A DNA stretch of 64,000 nucleotides from positions 85,808,001 through 85,872,000 of the forward strand of contig OZ260664.1 of assembly GCA_965285935.1 (NCBI GenBank), given 5' to 3'. The DNA is from Ophelia neglecta. Taxonomy: Eukaryota. A model generated the notes under the pieces. The model was not told the DNA's origin, ran no database searches, and saw nothing but the letters and a program-made list of their open reading frames with translations. Position numbers and translations under genes: made by a program. Positions 13,325 through 25,300 of this stretch are shown here, in pieces; the first letter of the stretch is position 1; the number at the start of each line of letters is the position of its first letter.

Positions 13325-16300
13325 CTGCATATGAGGCAACAAAACATAGCTGGATCAATTTGCCGTAACATTACTACCAAAACTAATGGAACGTCAATAA
13401 AAAGTGAGCAATTCGTTTTCGGTTCACCCTGCTCTTAGTTATTCACTTCATAATTTCTTGGTCTTTGATGCACATGATAAATACACGATAAAATTGTATA
13501 AAATTTAATTACGTACCGCTTTTGTTTCAGCCAATCCAATATAAATGGCTTCGGAAATTCTCTTCTTAGAAATCTCCAGTTTTTCATAATCATTTTCGTT
13601 ATTTTGTGCATTTCCGAGCACAACCTCAATACAAGAAAAAACATGATGGATTTGGAATATAATAGAGATTAATTACATGCCTCTAAGGTTACTGAAATTA
13701 ATCGTTCCAAACTAACATCTTAATTAAACAAGGTAATATTGTGAACATACTTCAGCAGTATTTTCGTATACTCCATCCTTCTCAGGGCAAGTGGAACTCA
13801 TATCGATTATGTCAGCATAAACCGGCTCAGCGATAGCCGACACTTCATTTATCATATGAAATAAAGAGCTAGTATTTCTCTTTGCAGGCTAAGCATGGCA
13901 TTTTTGTAAAAATACACAACACGCAAACTTGCAATATGAAATATTTGCACCCAACTCACCAGGAGGCGGTGTTTTGCGTAAATGAAGAAATAGTAAGACT
14001 AAGAATATTATGATCGCAGCCAATGCCAAACTACCAAATATACCACCAAGTATCGCTCCTATTGGAGAATCTGAAAAATACAAAATTGTCAAACAATCGT
14101 TTGGTGGCATTCCTTCTTTGCTAAATACGTAAATTAAAACCCTTCTTTTTAAAAAAATGTTCTATCCTACCACTTGTATTAGAAGCTGATGGAGCAACTC
14201 TGCCATCTTGTTCATCACTGCCACCGGAAGCTAGCCCTGCGGCTTTCAGGAATGAATCCTCGTAGACGCATAACACAAATACATTGGTCTTCTGCAGATC
14301 AAAGTTTCCATGTCCAACTACATTTCTATCGGTTATATCGGAACCGCTGATATCATCGTTGATCGTCTTCCATCCACCACCACATACAGTAGACCTTTTC
14401 CTCCGAACACCCTGAGCCTGATGACGAAGCTCCAAGACATACGCCTCTCCTTGTACGTATTCCCAGGTCAGGTTTACGTAAGATGTGGTCAGCTCCATCC
14501 ATGTAATATGTACAATCGGAGTTGCTGAAGTGAAAATAGATACACTATTAGTATTGATTATTAAAGGTGCCATAACTATGTACGGATTCTTAACAGAAAA
14601 TAATGAATGTTTGAGCTTTTGACATTTTACACTGAATTGTTATGTAGACAAAATGTCGCAAATGTTAGATAGGCAATACATATATTATTTCCACAAACGG
14701 AATTTAAGCAACAGGGACGTTGATGAATGTCGGGAAGACGATTATATTTCCGCCCTGGAGTATAGCAGGTTCACATATCGATGATCGAATTACGTCGAGT
14801 GCACTTTAAGTGGTAGCCTTACTATTGATAAAGATCCATATGATAATACAATCATTTCAATAGCCAAAGTATTTCAATAGCCAAAGTATTTATTCGTCGC
14901 ACTTTAATCAAGGTTTTCAACTTAAAATGTCCACCCTTTCAACCGTTTCGTGGCAATGAGAAAGATGTGAAACTACATCTCAAGTTGTCTAGGTATCAGG
15001 GGAAAATTCCGAATTCCATGAAAGGGAATACAATTGGCCTTTACAATAAATACATACAACTCCAAGACAATTACTGGCAAAAAAACGTAGCATGTTCTAT
15101 GACAAGTCGACTTTCTCGTAGTATTGTACCTTTCTGACTCACCTCGTGTTGTTTGCTCTAAGTTGCTAGTTTCACTTCGGTCGCGCTGTTCACCATACTG
15201 ATTGTAGGCCACAACCTCGAACACATAACTAGTAGAGTTTGTAAGATCGGACACTCTGTTGGAAATCTTGTTATTGAGTAAACATTGTGTCATTATCCGC
15301 TCTTCTATAACCAACTCGCCTTCCTCAGTGCCATACAAAATAAAGAACATTTCCTCGTCTCCGCCATTGTATCCACATGTCCAACGGAGTGTAACGCTCA
15401 CAGATGTGTATTCCAGAACTTCGAGGTTTGTTGGTGGATGAGGCGGGCCCACCTCTACTAACTCGATTTTAAAATTGACATTATACTCGGCAGCCAGGAT
15501 GCTGTTCGATGCAGTACATGTGTAATTACCAAAGTGATCGTCTGTTACGTTTTGAATGGTCACTGTACTGTCCAAATAGGTCACATGTCCTGGGATTGCT
15601 TTTCCATTGAGTTGCCAGGAAAAGGATCCAGTTGGCTTCATACATACTTTACAGTCCAGAGTGGTTGAGTTACCAACAAATGCAGCATATATCTTATCAG
15701 CATTATTGCCTGCCCAAAGCGCAAAGTCTGCATAGAGGTAAATCAATTGGTTAAACTTTTGTCGGTGCTATATCTTAACATTTTAAGCGTATTCTATGAT
15801 TGAAATGATTGTTTAGGGAGTCTATAAAAACAACTACTGCACTGAACATGATATCGAAACAATGCATATAAAATATAAACGCTCAAAGCCTTCGATAAAG
15901 ATGGTGTTTAATACATTTATTTGAAAAAGTAATACTACGAGGTTTGACATTTATGGACACAACTCACAAAGCGTCTCCAGTGTAGTCGCTTTGGATGTGT
16001 CACTCCTTATTCCGTCTGTAGCTGTACATGTGTAATCCCCGTCAAACTGGGACACGTTGTTACACGTAACCCCATTCCGAGCTTGTTGAGGGCTGAGAGT
16101 GCTCGTGCAGCCGTAAGTCATCCCATAAGGAAAGGGGCCATCGGTTGTCGGGTGCCAGGCGTGTACAAACCGGAGATCATTTGTGATGTCAGATGACCCC
16201 CACTTCCATCTTACCCCGTCCAGATCGGGTTTTGCTGTCACGGTGCAACTAATGGATATTGAGGTATCATTGACAAGAAACAGTTTTGTCTGTGGAGAGG

Positions 16301-19300
16301 TCGGTCTGGTAAACTGGGGACCAACTACAATGGAAGGAATAGACGCCCATGAACGATTACTGATACATTTTAATATTCGGTCAGATGATCTGAAAGTATC
16401 ACGATACTTGTTCTAAATTATCCTACATTTGTCATTAGCATACGTATCACAGATTAGCAACCAAATCTATTAATATTTGGTGAATGACAGGCAGCATAGC
16501 TCTTTGTCATTTCAAGTACCGTCAGCGGATTTAATAGTATAGCTAATGCCCTACTAGTCTCAATGAGTATGATCTCATGTGAGAAATATATTTGCAAAGT
16601 GCAAAAGGGTTTTTCGTGCATGTGATCAGACAACATGGTTCCTGCATGACACATAGGTCCTTATCTTCTTGAATTCTATGTGCCCTGCCTTTGGGAGGGT
16701 TTATTCGTTAGGCTCACACGACGGTTGTGGGACCAGATAAAGACCAACTACCAGCCGACTTAGCTTAAAAGGTGGTTTAAATATGAGCCTTTCATATAAT
16801 TCCTGGTACTCCCCTATTTTTGACTCCTCTGAGATGCTCTTGAGTGCTGCATATCATCATTTACCGGTCAGGTTAAAACAACATGTTCGCCTTGAGCAAG
16901 CGAGATGGGTTGACAAAAATACCAATTCTTAAAGCATTTGTGATACAGAAATACCTGCTGTCTGGTATTTCGTAGCAATCTTCGGTGGACGACTCATCGG
17001 GAACAAGTCGGTTCTAACACTCAAGTGGCCAGGCGCCTCTCGACAAGTCGGCCTCGGTGAAGACCACTCTGTTCATGGAGGGTCATACCCCCCCCCCCCA
17101 TTGAAACTGGAGATTTTAAAAATTCCAAAGAAACAGTGCATATTATTAAATGTCGGATGATGTAGTATCGAATGAATACAGTAAACAGAGGAAGGTGTGA
17201 TGGTCAAAACGCACTTGTTTCATCAAATGACACGACTTTTCTGCCTAAACACATGGTTTATACGGGCCGTACGTGTTAAGACGCAACGGCTTTTCCAGAC
17301 AATACGGGCCGTACGTTGTGAAGCACCTACTGGTTGTACAAGAAGACCGTACCACCAGTGCTTACGCTCTGTTCACAACACACGGCCCGGCTGTGAGAAA
17401 TGTAATTGACAAGTGTTTTGCACGGCTTTTAAGTAGTAGCAACGTAGTAGATCGCGCATCGGTTTACCAAGACTGATCATTATAGTAAATTACACCAATA
17501 AGTAAGTCACATTACGCGCCCGTCAAACGCCACTTTTCCCTTATCATTACTTGGTTAATGTTCACAAATTTACTGTATGGGTACTTTACCGGTGTTACAG
17601 TTTTACTTAACGTGTACGGCCTGCGGTAGACCTGTGTTGAGACAGGAAAGCCATGTTATTTGTCGAAACAACTTGAATGCGTTTGGGAGGCATTACCTTA
17701 TATAGAAGCCGGCCCTCTCTTTTTAGCCACCGTGACCGGGACGTATTGGACAAATTACATAAAACATAACCAGATGGTTAAAATCAGTAGACCTACCGCC
17801 TGTTTACATTTACAGTGGCCCCTGTGCGTACATGCACACATCTATGCACGTACGGTGACGGAGGTTTTGTACAGCATAAGTGCGTGTTCATTGTTAGTTA
17901 GCCGTGTTTGTGAGGTACAAAACGCATTTGTTCACAACGCTTTGCTCTCTAAACACACGGCTTAAATAGGGGTCGCGCACTATATGAATAATATGTACTC
18001 AAATGTACACTGCAGGGGCGCTTCCTGTGCAAATGAATCATTCATTTTTTTTAGTAATTATCATAGCAGCTGGTCATTTGATTTATTATAATATCTTGTT
18101 CTGTAATTTGAGACAAAAAATAAAGTTTTTCTTCAAGAAATCAGTGAAATTGCATTTTTGTGGTAAAACTTGCTATAATAAGAAGTAGATGGAACTTACA
18201 GTGTTTAAAGGGGATAAACACTTTCAATTGCATATGCTGAAAAATTGAGCTGCTGAATGTGTGTTTAAACAATTTTATCCAATTGCTTATATAATTAGCT
18301 ACAAATTCATATTAATGAGATATCCCAACGGGTGTTTTCTTTTTTTTTCTTTTTTTTACTGTGCTATAGGCTAAAATGGACGCTTATGGCAAAATTCATG
18401 CCATGTTGTAACCAAAAGGCCTAGCGACCAACACTTTTAAGTGGGTATCTGGGGATGTGATACAAGTATTCGCCCAAAGACGGCCCTGTTGTTAAGAATT
18501 TCAAACACGGCTGGTTATTAAATCAAAATTTCCATGTCTGTATGCGTACGTATTATTATTATTTTAAGTCATAAGAAAGTTGTATAAGCTGAAGGTGTAT
18601 AGGCCTAGATTTAATGAGCAGACAGAGTAAGTGAACTGTATACAGTTTGCCAGATCGGCCGAAGTGACTGCTTGACCCTCTCGGTCTGTTCCACACTAAT
18701 AATAATAAGCAAAGCATGGGCCAACACTCAGAATGCCATCCAACAATTTGTTTGTACAAACACAATTTATCAAAGAGGGTCCAAACATATAATTCTTAAG
18801 TGTTTCTTATACTTACCGATGATGTCTAGTTGAGTATCTGCCGATACTTCTGATTTGAGCCGTCCAGTATATACCAGGTTAGAAGCCTGACAAGAGTATC
18901 CTCCGGCCTGATTAATATTTATGATGGAAATTTCAAGGGAGTTCTGATTGGTATCACCAGGGGGAGGTTGTACACCAAACCAGGTAAATACGTCTGCCTC
19001 TGGGTGACCTTTATCTGCCAGGTAACACGTCAAGGTCACATTGTCTCCAGCGTACACTTTCTGGTTTGAGAGCTGGAGGACCGGACGGGACGTCGAATCT
19101 GTGAATGGACAGAAAGGGGGTTGGTGTGAACCAGGCTTTCCTCGTGTAAATTGGCAGACGGCATATTGTACACATTTAGAGGTAATATATCTCATGAACG
19201 AACCCTATCATGAGTATTTCATAAGGTTTCCAGTGTGACATAGTTCTCTACGTCATTGTGGATTACTTGCCCGTAGAAAGGGAAAGACAATTGACTCAAC

Positions 19301-22300
19301 AATTTTAGGAAATGCAGATGGTGTGAAAACACTGTGCTAACAACCCAGAAACAAGGAGCAGTGAACATATTACTAGTTTGATTTGGTATAGATTGTCTTA
19401 GTCTTGACTTTCACTTGCTAGGAATATCCTTATCCTACCTCTATCAATATTAGATCAATATTATTTGTCGTACAAAATATGAATAATATAACAGGTATGG
19501 CATTTATTTCACGATAGTAATAAATTAATATAGCCCCGACTCATTTGTAAAAGCAGTGTGTGCCCTTCCTCTCGCCTGGAACACTTGGCCAGTGAAGGCC
19601 GGTGTTTATTAGACACATCAATAACATGAGACGCTCGGTTGTCGTAGCTAACCAGGGAGTTTGTTGTGTGATTCACGATAATAGCAAATACTTCTACTTA
19701 CATTGGACGTTAAGTTGGAGCTGTTGATTTCCTGCCGCCCCGATTCCGTTCATTCCGTTACACGTGACCGTCCCACTCGCCGATTTCCTGTCTTCTAGGT
19801 CGTTATTGGCCCATGTCAGAATAGAACCAGATACAGTTAGTAGATCACAGCTCCCTCCCTGGGTGTTGGTCATGCTATTCTGTTTAAGACCGTTGTCCTG
19901 TCCTGGAGACCAGGACCACTGGACTTCAGCAGCCGGCTTGGCGCTGTACGAACACTGGACGTCTACTGTATCATTGTTCAGGACAGTTAACTCGGCAGGT
20001 AAAGGTGTATTGACCATTAATGGTGGCACTGAAATACATCAATATCTTTGCTAAATCATGAAGTTATATGTTTGTTAAACACAATTATCGAAGCTTTTAA
20101 GAAAGAACAATTACCATTGACAATAAGCTGTACAGCCGCACTCCCGCCGACTCCCACCGTGTTATAAGGTGTACATGTGTAGGTGTCTTGCTGACATTCT
20201 GATGTCACGGTCACTGACAGTGTCCCGGCGTTGGTCTCTATAACACCACCTACTGACCTTGTCCAGTTCACACTAGATACAGGATTACCGGCGTTCCACG
20301 TGTCTCCAAGGTTACACATGAGAGATGCCACAGACTCCACTACGGCGGTCACAAGGCTGCTACCTGCCGTAGCCGACCCAGGTGGGACTGGAAACCAAAG
20401 TTATACAATTGATTTTCATCTAAAATGAAACACATATTAACAACAAAACTGGAGGCATTCCGTTGACGTTACTGCCGACGCCTGAAACGTGACTTAGCTT
20501 TGCCTTAATTAGTCTCATCTAACGTAGATATTCCTAGCCAAGTCTGTAGAGACTGTGAGAATAGCAACCCTATTTCTCGGTCCAGGGCTCGAACCTTGGT
20601 GAGGACCTATTTTTGTGTTTGTACATATAACCTTACATCGAATTACGTACAGTTTTGTGTTGATTATCTCTACTTGTCAATTGCACTATTTCTTTTAGTA
20701 AATGGAGCTTTACCAGCATTTGTCAAACTGAATGTGAAGCCTGTACGTCGCGCATAGTATGTGTTGCGGTGGTTTGGGCGGGTCGTTTCGTCATTCGTGT
20801 CATAGGTTCCCCGAACTGCGACAGCCGACGTTATTTTGATAAAAGGCGATAACATTGCATCCAGCGGGTAAAACATCAAAGACACACGAAACCGTGGACA
20901 AAACAACGTGAACGTCGAGGGGTATTCCAGTAGGTATTAGGCATGTTAGTTTTCAGGAAGCGCCTATATTTTGGGAGGATGACAATCGGGCTATTGGAAT
21001 AATAATATTATAGATTATTGGTTCTATATCAGTAAGCCCCTAATCTTTAAAATGTCTTCTGTTTTGAAACATACCGGGCAGCTTTACACACCGCGCGATA
21101 TGATTTTGATTACTCTATATACGTTCTTACCGTGTGTGATACAAACCTGAAAACAGTCCGAGCTGTAGTGAACAGGGATTATATTCCTAAAACAATGTCC
21201 CCGCGGTGACGGACGTAGCCACAAAAGTATCGCGATCTGCACTTTTCATAGAAGTTAAATGAAGACCGTACAAGTAAGGCGAAGTATGTAACAGGCGCAC
21301 GTCCTAGATTGGTGTAAACGTGTGGGTGTCCCCTGGCTTGGAAGTCCCCCTTGCTACATTTACTAATCATTACCCCCACTGGGACCTCTCGCTCTTTAAA
21401 CACTAGTATTTGAAATCTGACGGGGTATAAATCTTAGTAATCAGGGATCCGGCCTGCAAATAGTGATTTATTACGTCTCCCGGTGGCAAAACAGTTTTCT
21501 TGGGGCATTGTTATCCTATAGGTTTTGAGTTCTGGGACTGGTTAACCTTTTAAACCTAACACTCATTCACTCGATCTATTACCTTCAATTCCATTTGGGA
21601 ATGTACGTAAGATTAAAACTTCGCCACTTTGACATTAGATGGCCAGTGAAAAGCCATATGAAATATATCACTCTGTAATTAACAATATGTTATCCATCAG
21701 AAACCGTGAATTCCCGAAACGTTCATCTTAAAAACTTTATACATGCTGAAATATAGCAACAATCTTTATAAGGGTTCTTAATCAAAAAGCAGAACAGCCT
21801 GTCTAGCGGCACCTAGAGACAGTACAAAGAAGGAAAAGGGGTAATGTGAAATAAAGATTGGATTATTGTCGTATCTATAGGCATAAGAAAAGTCCCACTT
21901 ATGTCAGAGTATTTTTCAGGGCATGGCTTTACATGAAGGGCCCAAAGTTCACTTCTTGTGACATGAAAGGGTGTGTTTTTTATGGTTATTGTCTCCCCAG
22001 ATCCTTTTGTCTGTAAAAAGAGGCAGATCAATACATATTTAGAAACAGATTCATCCAGATTCAGGCATATTTTGTTTCACTATTATCGCTGTTTGTCAGG
22101 TTTCGGTGGATCTATGGATCCATTGTTGTCGCATAGTTACATGCATGGGTCTATATTTCGCACATCCCGTCACAACAGGCCCTATACGCCCCTCCCCACC
22201 ACCACAACCACTGCGACCGACCCCAACACCCACAGGGATCATCCCTCTCCCGTGTTCACCCTTCCCACTCCTTGCCCTCCTCCTTACTTCAGTACCCCCC

Positions 22301-25300
22301 CCACCCCACCCCCCGACCCCCCAACACACACTCATAGCCTCCGCTGGGCCCGTTTTCGAAAAGAAAATCACTGTGAAATAGACGTGGCATGTGGATGGAA
22401 TATATTTCAGCTTCTGACTTCACAAGAAAGAAGGCCATAGTTTGATGTGTGCAAGCGTAAACTGAATGCTACTACGGCAAAACAACTTCCGCTGTACAAA
22501 ATATATGAATATCCACATCACTAAATACTTCTGACATGTTGCGATGTTATATTCATCTGTGATGTGATTCAACAAATGTATACATACATTGCACATCTAA
22601 CATTGTTGTCGCCGATACAGTCACGTTATTAGCTCTAGCCACACACGTCACGTCTCCCAGACCATGTTTTCTCTGTTCGGCCGTCGTACCAGATTTCCAC
22701 CCCAGTGTTAAGGTAGTCCGTGTTAATATGTCACTAGGCCCCGTATTGGAAGTAGAGGTCTGGGTATCAAACAATCCCACCTGCTCAGAAGTCGTGGGTT
22801 CCCAGGACATTACAGCGGCGGGTTTAGAGTCCACAACACAATCTACGGCCAAGCTGTCGGTGTTCTTTAACGTTACTTTGTTTGTAACCGTCTGAGCAAA
22901 GGACGGAATGACTGAAAGAAAAACTAGCCGAACTAACCCGGCGAAATAATCTCCACTTACACAACAATTTGTTAGCATAATAGCACGAAAGACCACAATA
23001 TTGAATTGTAAAATGGTAATAACGTAGTGGACAGCGTACCATTAACGTTGAGTGTGACATCGCCTCCCGGACCGTCTCCAATGGCGTTTCTAATGTGACA
23101 CGTGTAGACATCTTCCTGTGTGACACTGTTCAATGTTATGGACAGGTTACCGTCATTAATAACATTGTACTGAGCGTCTTTACTCCGTGTCCACATGAAC
23201 TGCTGTCCGGCCGGGTTACCTCTGTCATACTGTCCAGTCCCAAACCCACACCTCAGTGTCACTTGGTCACCAATAACTGCTGTCACACTGGGTGTTAGTA
23301 CACGAGGTATCCCTGGTAAGTCTAGTAGCATACAGGGATTAACACATGATAAAGAAACATTTGAATTCACAGATGTATCTAAAAAGATTCAATATGTATG
23401 TTCTATTTCCAGACTATAAAACGAACACATTATATTGCAGTGAGTTGTTGCGTTTGCACTAGGCATATTATCAGTGGCGAAAAAAGACACGTTAACGAGC
23501 GGAAGAAAAGTTCATTGATAAACCAATGTAATAATGATTTTGTCTACAATGTGTTTCAAGTTTATGTATAATAAACAAACGTTAGTGTTTTGAGATGACG
23601 TTGATGAATCACAGGAAATATGACCCGCCCAGATTCTCGTTCAAACCAAACGCTTGGAAAATTATTAAACTTATATCAATACACACACTGTACATTCAAG
23701 ACAACATCATGGGTGGTCGTTCCATCCGCAGTCTCTCCTGTACAGGTGACGTCACCGGACGCTCCTTTCCTAAGGTTAAGATCAGAACCTGGCATCCAGC
23801 TCAGTGTCTGTGAGGATTGTGTCAGGAGTCCTCTGGTCCCGGTACTCGTACTGGGTAAAGACGCCGGAGAGAACACGTTTTGTTGGGCGGATGTTAAAGT
23901 CCAGGTTACCGTCGACTCAGGTCGGGCGTTGAAGGAGCACACAAACTGCCAGTTGTCGTCTGTGTTGATCACATTCGCTACACTTGGCACGGACGGATCA
24001 ATTCCTGGTTTTGCTGAATGAATAACGGAAACATTGATGTAAGCTGACCACCGTGGGGGGGGGGGGGGGGGGGTTACTCGGAAGTCACGCCAAACGAGAC
24101 GGATTCGATTCTTTTCTCATTAACACACTTAATTCACGCCAGTGCACTATATTTGTTATTATGTGGCGATATACAAGGAGTGTACCAAGGTGATCGTGGC
24201 CTATTGGTAAATATCATATAGTATGTGATGGGTACACGTACACTATGTTCCTGCTCACCTAGTGAAATAGTTTTATAATGGCGCCTACCTCTGACATCCA
24301 CCTCGATCTGAGCGCTGGGGCCCAGGCCGATGGTGTTCCCTGGTTTACAGCTGTATGTGTCTGTGTAGGTATAGTCTGTCAGTGTTAGAGACAGAGACCC
24401 ATCACTGCCGTCTCCGTCTACAGTCCCGCTTACCCGGGACCAGGTAAAGGTGGCTGGCGGGTTTCCGTCATCGTCTACTCTACACTCCAAAGTCACGACC
24501 GACCCCTCCAAGTTGGAGATCGGGGGAGTAACTGCTCTGGCTGCACCAGGGGGGTCTGGATAAAACAAAACTGTAGTGTTTAATAGGGACAGACACGTAA
24601 TAATAATATGAGGGACGTGTTGGAGTGAGGGGAGGGGGGGGGGGGGCATTGGTGTAGTAGCATCTTCTGTCAAAAGATATCAAGAAAGCAAATCCTCTCC
24701 TCCACTAATCCTCGCCTAGCTATATCCAATCCCATTTTTCATTAATTGATCACGTCCCTTATTTCGTCCCTTATTTCGGGACCACAGTTAAGACAACCTT
24801 CAGTGTTGGTTTTGTTGTTCATTGGCTCTCTAAAGAGGGTCTTAATACGATATATGGTGACAAGGTAGATTGATACATACATTGTACATTGAGAGTATAC
24901 ACATTTGAGTCTTTCTGTGCGGCCCGCGGTGCCGGTTGTTTGGCCCGACAGAACACTCCATCTCCCTGGCTGGCCCTACTCGGCCACAACTGGAGGACGG
25001 CGGTCGTTGAGTCTGATAGAGAGACGTTTTGTGTTATCTCCTGGACATTACCCTGTCCCAGGTCCCAATACCACCCCAGGGTGGCGGGGGGAGCGGATGG
25101 TGCCACCACACATGTCAGGGTAGTAGGCTGGTTCTCTCTCATGTCTATGATAGGCCCTGCGTGGTCCGTTATCACTGGCCTGCTGACCTCCACTGAAACA
25201 CAATCATGTATGATTTATCTTACGGAATGTTTGCATTAAATGTGCTTAATATAATAAAGGCGCGCTTACAGTATTTGGCTGGTTTCATTCATTCCTTACC

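Noticed and set aside
17240-17965. Short recurring motifs (TACGGGCCGTACGT, AACACACGGC) in a gene A intron
   Set aside because: Irregular spacing, no constant repeat-spacer structure and no clear termini. Probably a decayed repeat; not CRISPR-like.
21973-22440. 155-aa Pro/Thr-rich ORF and overlapping Gly-rich ORFs
   Set aside because: Low-complexity C-rich intronic tract of gene A; no domain features or convincing splice context.
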